The notes under the pieces: generated by a model | Told to the model about the DNA's origin: nothing | Seen by the model: only the letters and a program-made list of their open reading frames with translations | Database searches by the model: none | Position numbers and translations under genes: made by a program | Source: Myxococcota bacterium | GTDB lineage: Bacteria; Myxococcota_A; UBA9160; UBA6930 | Assembly: GCA_965223705.1 (NCBI GenBank) | Contig: OZ245015.1 | Coordinates: forward strand, 4,288,001 to 4,352,000 | Direction: 5' to 3' | Length of the DNA stretch: 64,000 nucleotides | Shown: in pieces, positions 39,405-46,570 of the stretch | Layout of the letters: every line of letters begins with the position of its first letter | Numbering within the stretch: the first letter of the stretch is position 1

Positions 39405-39431
39405 TTCAACACTTCGTCATCGATTCTTCAA
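39405..39431 (+). promoter_or_regulatory. TTCAA-n6-GTCAT-n6-TTCAA 11-bp phased repeat overlapping the inverted repeat CGAAGTGTT/AACACTTCG
   Basis: Half-sites at 39405, 39416 and 39427; IR arms 39372-39380 and 39408-39416. Confidence 0.5.
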
Positions 39432-39432
39432 A

Positions 39433-40365
39433 CTAGGGCGATCCGCTGTAAAAGGCCTCGAGCACGACGCGACCGGCGCTTCCCAAGCTCAGTGGCGAGC
39501 ACTTGTCGAGTGTGTCGTCCTGGGTGTGCCACGGCGGATAGTCGAGATCGATCAACACAGCCGCGGGGAATCCGATCTGGAGGAACGGCGTGTGATCGTC
39601 GATGATCGCCTGACCCAAGCGAGGGACAAAGGCCCCTTCGTTTTGGCGACGGGCGGCGTCAAAGAGCTTTTTCGTGAGCGCGGGAAAGCGCTGCGCGCCG
39701 GTGCGCTCCTGGAAGATCTCGAGCTCCGCGTCGCCGACCATGTCGACGATCACCACGGCTTCGGGACGCGCATTCGGACGAAGTCGTTTCCAGTGCTTCG
39801 CCATGTAGCGGGAGCCGACGAGGTAGTCTTCGAGCTCACCCGCACGACCGAAGTCTTCTCCGTCGAAGAAGGCCACCTCGAGTCCCGGTTCCGCGCCCGC
39901 TTCGGCGACGACACGAGCGATCTCGAGCAACACCGCGACGCCGGATCCGCCGTCGTTTGCCCCGACGATCGGCCTCGCGCGCCCCATCGGATCGTCGTCG
40001 AGATCGCCCCACGGCCGCGTGTCGTAATGCGCACCGAGCAGGATCCATGAACCGTCGCGGCCTCCGATGAGCCCGGTGATGTTCGTAAAGTCGCGCGGAG
40101 CGCTCTCGTGCCGGGCTTGGTACTTGAGCGGAATGTCTTCGACCGTAGCGCCCAGCGCTTCGAGGTGTTTCCGGATATAGCGCTGAGCTCGCTCATGCCC
40201 CGGCGTCCCCGGGGCGCGCGGCCCCATCGCGACGAGATTCTGGAGGTGAGTCCAAGCGCGCTCCTCCGAGAAGCGCGCGGCGAGATCGGCGGAAACGGGA
40301 TCGGCTCCGGGTTTCGAACCGCAGGCCAAGACGAAGACAACGAGGAAGCCGTGGATCCACCGCAC
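39433..40365 (-). CDS. M28-fold lipoprotein, glutaminyl cyclase-type
   Basis: Lipobox VLAC; GAHYDTRP, GANDGGSG, FDGED, VDMVG, IDDHTPF, WHT. Confidence 0.82.
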   Translation of the reverse strand: MRWIHGFLVVFVLACGSKPGADPVSADLAARFSEERAWTHLQNLVAMGPRAPGTPGHERAQRYIRKHLEALGATVEDIPLKYQARHESAPRDFTNITGLIGGRDGSWILLGAHYDTRPWGDLDDDPMGRARPIVGANDGGSGVAVLLEIARVVAEAGAEPGLEVAFFDGEDFGRAGELEDYLVGSRYMAKHWKRLRPNARPEAVVIVDMVGDAELEIFQERTGAQRFPALTKKLFDAARRQNEGAFVPRLGQAIIDDHTPFLQIGFPAAVLIDLDYPPWHTQDDTLDKCSPLSLGSAGRVVLEAFYSGSP

Positions 40366-40374
40366 CCGCAGAGG

Positions 40375-41934
40375 TTAGTTCACGCGAATCGGAATCGGCA
40401 GACGCGCCCGCGCCGAAACGGGCTGCCCGTCCCGCGTCGGGGGTGTGAACTTCCACGTTCGGACCTGGGTGAGGACAAACGCTTCGAACTCCGGCAGATC
40501 CGACGAATCGATATCGGCGGTCAGGACCTCGCCTTCTGCGCTGAGCTCGACGGACAACACGATCTCGCCTTGGATCTTCTTGCGCCGCAGCTGCCAAGGT
40601 AACTCGAGCCCCGCGCTACCGACCGGCCGCGGCGGTCGGTCGAGATCGGTCGCGTTGTGAATGCGCGCGAGCTCTTGCGCGCGCTTGAGCGCGGCAGCCC
40701 GCTTCGCGTCGCGGTGCGTTCGCTCGTGTCGAGCCAGCGCGGCCCGCGCATCACCGCGTTGATACAGCCCACGGAACCCTTCGTGCGAGCACGCACCGTC
40801 CGCGCAAAAGATCTCCCACAGACTCGCGGCGGCGAGTTCCGATGCGCTCGCGCCGCCGACTTGTGGATCGTTGACGACGAGCGTCGCGATCGCGATGCGC
40901 GGCTCATCCGCCGGAGCCACACCGATAAACCACTGATAGAGACCTTCCGGCGCGTGCCCGCTCAAGGTCCCGGTCTTACCGGCGACGGAAATCTCGCCGA
41001 GAAAGGGCGAGCCCGAAGCGTTGTGGAAAGCGCGGCGCGCGGTTCCACTGCGGGTGACCGAAATCAAATGCTCGCGCAGTTCGGCTGTGAGCTCGGGCGT
41101 CCAAACCGCTTCCGCCGGCCGCGCTTCGGGGATTTCGTAGTCGTTTCCATAGCGATCCCGAATGCGTGCGATCCAGTGGGGCGTCACCAGACCACCGTTG
41201 GCGAGAAGCGCTGCGAGACGGGCCGCGCTGAGCGGCGTGATGAACGAGCCGGCGAGTCCCGAACCGAGCCGGCCGAGATCGAAGGGACCTTCGCCGCTGT
41301 CGATCTCACCCGTCGCGTGCCCCGGCGCTGGCGCTTCGAGCAGTCCGGCGCGCTCGATCTCGTCGACGAGTAGCGTCTCGCCGACGTCTCGCGCGGCGAA
41401 GCGTGCGAAGCACTGATTGTTCGAGTTTGCGAGAGCGGTGCGGAACGTTTCGACGACTCCGCCTTCCCGAGGAGGCGTAAAGTCGCCACCGTGCAACGCG
41501 TAGCGGTTTCCCGTGTATCGGCACGGGCCCCGTGCCGCATCGGGAGCGTGTTTTAGAACCGCTGCAGCCGTGACAACTTTCATCAGCGACGCGGCCGGGT
41601 AAGCGCGCGTCGGCGGGAAGGCCTCAGGATCGGTCGAAAGGTAGGCGAACACTGCGCCGCTCGACGCATCCATCACGAGGATGTGACCGCGGTCGACCTC
41701 GCGCTCTGTGAGTAGGGCCCGCAGATTGGACTCGAGCATCGGATCGGTCGTGTATTCGACTTCGTAGTCGCCGACGCGCTCAAGCGTGCGAAGTCCTGCT
41801 GCGGGAACCGTCGCTTGCGACGCCCGCGCTCCCGGGGGCAAGCGTTCGAAGAGTTCCTGCGCCGGCTCCGCACCCGCGGGACACCCGAAAACGAGCGCCC
41901 CGAGCAGCGCGAGTGTTCGGACGCGCCCGCTCAA
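40375..41934 (-). CDS. Penicillin-binding transpeptidase domain fused to a TonB C-terminal domain
   Basis: SLMK (SxxK), SNN (SxN), KTGT, WFIGVAP; C-terminal WKFTPPTRDGQPV TonB_C. Confidence 0.88.
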   Translation of the reverse strand: MSGRVRTLALLGALVFGCPAGAEPAQELFERLPPGARASQATVPAAGLRTLERVGDYEVEYTTDPMLESNLRALLTEREVDRGHILVMDASSGAVFAYLSTDPEAFPPTRAYPAASLMKVVTAAAVLKHAPDAARGPCRYTGNRYALHGGDFTPPREGGVVETFRTALANSNNQCFARFAARDVGETLLVDEIERAGLLEAPAPGHATGEIDSGEGPFDLGRLGSGLAGSFITPLSAARLAALLANGGLVTPHWIARIRDRYGNDYEIPEARPAEAVWTPELTAELREHLISVTRSGTARRAFHNASGSPFLGEISVAGKTGTLSGHAPEGLYQWFIGVAPADEPRIAIATLVVNDPQVGGASASELAAASLWEIFCADGACSHEGFRGLYQRGDARAALARHERTHRDAKRAAALKRAQELARIHNATDLDRPPRPVGSAGLELPWQLRRKKIQGEIVLSVELSAEGEVLTADIDSSDLPEFEAFVLTQVRTWKFTPPTRDGQPVSARARLPIPIRVN

Positions 41935-42593
41935 TTGATTTGAATCGGAATCGGCAATCGCGCTTGTGCGCGCACCGGTCGACCCTGTTGCGTGGGCGGA
42001 GTGAACTTCCAGTCTCTGACTTCGGCGAGGATGAAGTTGTTGAAGTCGGGAAGCGTGGAAGAATCGAGCTGCACGTCCATGACGTCGCCGCCGGTGTCGA
42101 GCTTGACGAGCAGGACGACGCGCCCCTTGACTTTCTTTTTCAACAACCGACGCGGAAAGTTGAACCCCGAGACACCGATCGGTCGCGGCGTTTGATCGAG
42201 GCTTGAGAAATCGACGAAGTCCTCGGTTCCGAGATCGCGCGACGAAGTCCCGATCGTCGGCATCGCGAAGTCTCCCGCGAGCGATCCTCCCGTGCCGGGG
42301 TTGAGGGCGATATCGAGCTGGTCGAGCGAGAGCTGCGGCGGATCCTCTTCGAGCTCCGGCGGCGGCGGCTCTTCCTCAGGCGGGGGCAGTTCTTCTTCCT
42401 CGATTTCCTCGATGTCGGGCGGCGTGTACGCCATGACCATCTCATCGATCTCTCGGGTCGGCGGCTTGACCTTCCCCATCATCTGTACGAGGGCCATCAC
42501 CAAGAAGAGAACCACCGCGAAGAGCACCCCTGCCGCGAGGCCTGCGCGAGCCTCACCGGGGCGTTCGGGCAATCGAAACGTTCGCTTCGGCAT
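41931..42593 (-). CDS. tonB: Energy transducer TonB
   Basis: N-terminal TM, E/P-rich linker, C-terminal GRVVLLV…WKFTPPTQQGRPV. Confidence 0.92.
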   Translation of the reverse strand: MPKRTFRLPERPGEARAGLAAGVLFAVVLFLVMALVQMMGKVKPPTREIDEMVMAYTPPDIEEIEEEELPPPEEEPPPPELEEDPPQLSLDQLDIALNPGTGGSLAGDFAMPTIGTSSRDLGTEDFVDFSSLDQTPRPIGVSGFNFPRRLLKKKVKGRVVLLVKLDTGGDVMDVQLDSSTLPDFNNFILAEVRDWKFTPPTQQGRPVRAQARLPIPIQIN

Positions 42594-42603
42594 TGGGGGG
42601 CCC

Positions 42604-43008
42604 TCAGTCGTTTCGCGTTGAGAGGCTGATCTTCTTGGCCCCGGCGTTTTTGACTTCGCTCCAAACGTCGGAAAAAACGCCGTGGTCCGCGCGCGCGTCC
42701 GCCTGGATGATGACGGGCAACTCGTCGCGGGTGAGAAGCTGTTTCACTCGCGCGCCGACGCCCGAGACGCCGAGCTCGCGTCCGCCGTAAACCACTTTGT
42801 TGTCGGCGGAAACCGCGATGATGATGCTGTTCTTTTCGAGGTCTTCGTCCAAAACCGCGTCGGGTTTCGCGATCTCGACCCCCGGTTCTTCGACGAAGAC
42901 GGTCGTCACGATGAAGAAGATCAACAGGATGAAAATGCAGTCGATCATCGGAGACAGGTTGATCTCCGTTTCGGTATCCGGATCTTCGAGGACGCTTCTT
43001 CGGGCCAT
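42604..43008 (-). CDS. exbD: Biopolymer transport protein ExbD/TolR (second copy)
   Basis: [31 protein letters not shown]. Confidence 0.92.
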   Translation of the reverse strand: MARRSVLEDPDTETEINLSPMIDCIFILLIFFIVTTVFVEEPGVEIAKPDAVLDEDLEKNSIIIAVSADNKVVYGGRELGVSGVGARVKQLLTRDELPVIIQADARADHGVFSDVWSEVKNAGAKKISLSTRND

Positions 43009-43311
43009 GATCTGACATCGAGGGTGGACGAAGGCGCGGGCGGGGCAAAGCCGCTTCGGGTGAAGAAGAAGTTACGTTTGGAAGAAGGCCGGCCGCGGCT
43101 TCCCGAATTGTGTGACGAAACCGCCCGACACACGCCTCCGAAAACCAACACCGAAAGCGCGTTCCGTTCGCCACACTGTGGTCCGTGCGAATCCATCGGT
43201 GGCAGTGGCGCCGAACGCACCATGGAGCGCACGGGGACCCCCAATCCCCGAAAGAACACTACGGACGGAAAACCCAAGCTAGGCGCCAAGACAGATACCG
43301 GAGCCCGAACC

Positions 43312-44079
43312 ATGTCACGCTGGTTTCTAGGCTTCCTGTTCGGCTTCACGTCGACGCTGATCGCCTTGACGATCGGGTCGCAGGAAGCCCAGGCTGCTTC
43401 ACTCAACTTCAACAGTCTCGCCAGCGGCGAGGTCGTCTCCACCCAGTTCGCTGGGCAAGGGGTGACGATCAGCGCCATCAACCCAAACCAACCGTTCGAC
43501 CTAGCCGTCGCTTTCGACGGGGACGACCCGGCGGCGGCCGCCGCCGACCCGGATCTGGTCGGTCCCTTTTCGAGCGGGAACCTCGCCGGGCAGGACGTGG
43601 GAAACCTGTTGATCGTCGCCGAGAACAACGTCGACGGGAACAGCGACGGATTGATCGACTCGCCGGATGATCAGGGCTCGGGTTCCGGCGCCACGTTCGT
43701 CCTCGACTTCGCGATGAGCGTCGCGAGCTTCGGTTTCGATCTCATCGACATCGACGCCGACGAAACCGGCGAGATCCGGCTCTTCGGAGCGAGCGGAGTG
43801 ACCTCCTTCCTCTTTCGGGACCTCCCCGGACCCACCGTGTTCGGCGACAACTCCGCGAACCGCGTCGACCCATTGATCGCCGGTTCGGAAGGTTGGGATC
43901 GCGTCGAAATCGAGCTGTCCCGCTCGGGCGCAATCGCGAACGTGAACTTCACCGTGGTTCCAGAGCCTGCGAGCGGGTTGGCTGTCGCCCTAGGGCTCGC
44001 CGGCCTGGCGGGCTGGCGGAGGCGAAGACTGCGCGCCGCCTCGCCAGCCCGCTCCGCACGGAACCCCCATTCTTCGTAG
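43312..44079 (+). CDS. PEP-CTERM sorting domain protein
   Basis: Signal peptide ending AQA; C-terminal VPEPASGLAVALGLAGLAGWRRRR; GGAG SD. Confidence 0.88.
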   Translation: MSRWFLGFLFGFTSTLIALTIGSQEAQAASLNFNSLASGEVVSTQFAGQGVTISAINPNQPFDLAVAFDGDDPAAAAADPDLVGPFSSGNLAGQDVGNLLIVAENNVDGNSDGLIDSPDDQGSGSGATFVLDFAMSVASFGFDLIDIDADETGEIRLFGASGVTSFLFRDLPGPTVFGDNSANRVDPLIAGSEGWDRVEIELSRSGAIANVNFTVVPEPASGLAVALGLAGLAGWRRRRLRAASPARSARNPHSS

Positions 44080-44099
44080 AAAAGGGTCACGCAGGCGCC

Positions 44100-44184
44100 C
44101 AGATCCCCGCAGGGCCTATTCCCCCAATCCCAATCCCATTTTCCGAATACCCTGTGGGGATCTGAGGCGTTCTGATCGCCTCAG
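44100..44184. other. Long stem-loop with a C-rich loop followed by a second hairpin
   Basis: CAGATCCCCGCAGGG/CCCTGTGGGGATCTG plus TATTC/GAATA; CTGAGGCG/CGCCTCAG. Confidence 0.6.
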
Positions 44185-44341
44185 TCCAACGCTTTTTCCC
44201 TCATCGGCTCGGCCATCTGTATAGAATGCAATCCGCCCTTCTCTGAGAGGCGTTTAGATAGATAGGTGCCGAGACCCGTGTCCCGAGGCGAATCCTCCGG
44301 GCGGAACGGTCCGGAAGCAATCATCAATAGGGGAACTCGTA

Positions 44342-45685
44342 ATGAAGCGACTCGCATTCTTCGCTGCGCTCGGCTCGATGCTCTTCGCGCTGTCAGCGCA
44401 AGCAGACGTCCAGCCCGGCGATGAAATCCGGTGGGACGATCGGGAAAAGGTCCGCGGCCTGCTCCCGGATGAGATCTTTCCGTATGTAGCCGAGGGCTAC
44501 AAAGACCTGTACATGCGGATTGTGCCGACCGGCGACTACACGCCGAACCAGAAGTACATCGAGGCCACCGTCAAATACGCCTGCCAGGCGACGGTGAACG
44601 ACAAGGGCGTTCTCGAGAACTACACCGCGGGCGAGCCCTTCCCGTACTCGAAGTGGTCGCAGGAAGCGACGAATCACTCGTGCGACCTCAAGGAAGACGA
44701 TCCGCAGTTCGCGATCAAGCTGGGCTGGAACTACAACTACCGCTGGCAAGGTGGCTCCGGCCTGAACCTCCCGCACTGGGGCTTCAGCTGGATGCGCAAC
44801 AACGGCAAAGAGCGCTGGCGCCTGGGCCAGGGCGAGTATCGCCGCACCTACTTCAGCCACCGGGCCGACCTGCTGCCCGACACCACGGTCCTCGAAGAGG
44901 GCACCGAAGTCGAATGGGCCGAGTTCTTCGACGTGAAGACGCCCTTCGACCTTCGCGGCACGATGTTCCTGCTCTACCGCTACGTGACCGACAAAGAGGA
45001 CGACACGTGGGCGTACATTCCGGCGCTGCGCCGCGTGCGCCGCATCGCGGCGACCCAGAAGTCGGACTCGCTGCTCGGCACGGAGTTCTCTCTCGAGGAC
45101 TTCTACGGAATGGCGGGCTACATCTGGAACCAGGCTTGGGAGTACGGTGGTACGACCACCAAGCTCGCGGCTTTCGGCGGAAGCAACGGGAACTACGGCC
45201 GCAAGTGCTGGAACCACATCATTCCGGACGACATGGGGCTCCAGGGTATGTCGCGCCTCGGCACCGACGAAGAGTGGGAGTACTGCAAGTTCGGTCCCTA
45301 CAACGCCATGGCGTGGCACGACGAAGACTGGCAGAAGCGCGAAGCTATCCAGCTCGACATCATTCCGCTGCAGAAGGGTCACCCCTACAGCCGGCGGAAG
45401 TTCTGGGTCGACCGCGAGACCTACACGCCCATGTATTTCATGGCGTATGACCGCGCGGGTCAGCCGTACAAGATCCTGAACGGTGGCCACCGCTGGAGCG
45501 AGGACAGCCCGATTCCGGACAATCACGGACGGCGCACCCTCAACTACTCGTTCATCGCCATCGCGAACGTGCAGAACGAGATCTCGCACACCGGTCAATT
45601 TGACAACGCGAGTTCTCCGCCGTTCAGCATTGCAGAGTCGAGGAAGTACTACGACACCACGCGCTTGAAGCGCCGCGGTCGCTAG
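44342..45685 (+). CDS. DUF1329-type exported protein (LolA-like fold)
   Basis: Signal peptide; DDTWAYIPALRRVRRI, HPYSRRKFWVDRET, AYDRAG. Confidence 0.85.
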   Translation: MKRLAFFAALGSMLFALSAQADVQPGDEIRWDDREKVRGLLPDEIFPYVAEGYKDLYMRIVPTGDYTPNQKYIEATVKYACQATVNDKGVLENYTAGEPFPYSKWSQEATNHSCDLKEDDPQFAIKLGWNYNYRWQGGSGLNLPHWGFSWMRNNGKERWRLGQGEYRRTYFSHRADLLPDTTVLEEGTEVEWAEFFDVKTPFDLRGTMFLLYRYVTDKEDDTWAYIPALRRVRRIAATQKSDSLLGTEFSLEDFYGMAGYIWNQAWEYGGTTTKLAAFGGSNGNYGRKCWNHIIPDDMGLQGMSRLGTDEEWEYCKFGPYNAMAWHDEDWQKREAIQLDIIPLQKGHPYSRRKFWVDRETYTPMYFMAYDRAGQPYKILNGGHRWSEDSPIPDNHGRRTLNYSFIAIANVQNEISHTGQFDNASSPPFSIAESRKYYDTTRLKRRGR

Positions 45686-45709
45686 TCCGACAACACTCGG
45701 CGAGAATCG

Positions 45710-45748
45710 AACCGGGCGTTCGCGAAAGCGGGCGCCCGGTTTTTCTTT
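45710..45748 (+). terminator. Rho-independent terminator
   Basis: AACCGGGCGTTCGC-GAAA-GCGGGCGCCCGGTT followed by TTTCTTT. Confidence 0.85.
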
Positions 45749-46568
45749 ACGTGCTCGGTACCGGCTGGCACACGGGGCACCAATACGTCGCGCGGGCGCT
45801 CTCCCCCGCCCGGCCCGCGCGAATTCGCGTTCCGCAGCGGGGACACGGCTGGCCCGCGCGCCCGTGCACATGCGTTCGTGCCTCTCCGCGCGCCAGTGGG
45901 CGGTCAGCGGTCACGGTACGCGTTGTCGTTCGCTTCCAGCCGCCGAGGTTGGCCTGAAGGAGCGCCCGGCCCCGGGTGAAGAGCGCCTCGACTTGCCGAT
46001 CGTCCAAGTTCGTCGGCGACGTCTCGGGGTGTAGGCCCGCCTCGAAGAGCAACTCGTTCCGGTATTCGTTGCCAAGGCCGCAAGCGACGGTCTGATCGAG
46101 CAGGAGGTCGGTCACGGTGTGCGGTGCTCGCAGACGTGCGCGCCGGGCAATCTCGTCGAAGCTCACGCGCTCGGCCAACAGGTCGGGTCCCAGGCGCCCG
46201 AGCCTTGGGTGGCCCACGACTTCAGTCTCCGTGAGAAGCTCCGCGACCATCGGTCGGAAACAAACGTGTACGTAGCCCTCGGTCGCGATACGTGTTCCGG
46301 CTTGGTAGGCCGGTCGTTCCCACGTCTCGCCGCTGCGGTAGCGATCCCAGCGCCCTTTCATCCCGAGGTGGACGTGGAGATTCCATCGACGCTCCGCCGC
46401 GATACCGACGAGCATGTGCTTGCCGCGCGTCTCGACGGCGTCGATCGTCGCGCCGACGAGGGGGGAGACATCGCCTCGATTCCGGAGCCAGATCCCCTCG
46501 AGCGAGCGACCGACGAGATCCCGCTCGAGCACGCGAGCGATCTTCAAAACGGTATCGCCCTCGGGCAC
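45747..46568 (-). CDS. nei: Fpg/Nei family DNA glycosylase (Nei-like)
   Basis: N-terminal PEGD, RGKHM, HLGMKG, H2TH LLDQTVACGLGNEY, zinc finger CPRC…CPVCQ. Confidence 0.92.
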   Translation of the reverse strand: MPEGDTVLKIARVLERDLVGRSLEGIWLRNRGDVSPLVGATIDAVETRGKHMLVGIAAERRWNLHVHLGMKGRWDRYRSGETWERPAYQAGTRIATEGYVHVCFRPMVAELLTETEVVGHPRLGRLGPDLLAERVSFDEIARRARLRAPHTVTDLLLDQTVACGLGNEYRNELLFEAGLHPETSPTNLDDRQVEALFTRGRALLQANLGGWKRTTTRTVTADRPLARGEARTHVHGRAGQPCPRCGTRIRAGRAGESARATYWCPVCQPVPST

Positions 46569-46570
46569 CG

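Noticed and set aside
27343..43008. TonB island as an active mobile element
   Set aside because: No integrase, transposase, tRNA or att-like perfect repeats; the exbD similarity is synonymously diverged
44084..44115. GGTCACGCA resembling the start of a c-di-GMP-I riboswitch
   Set aside because: The GCAAA, GNRA tetraloop and receptor elements are absent
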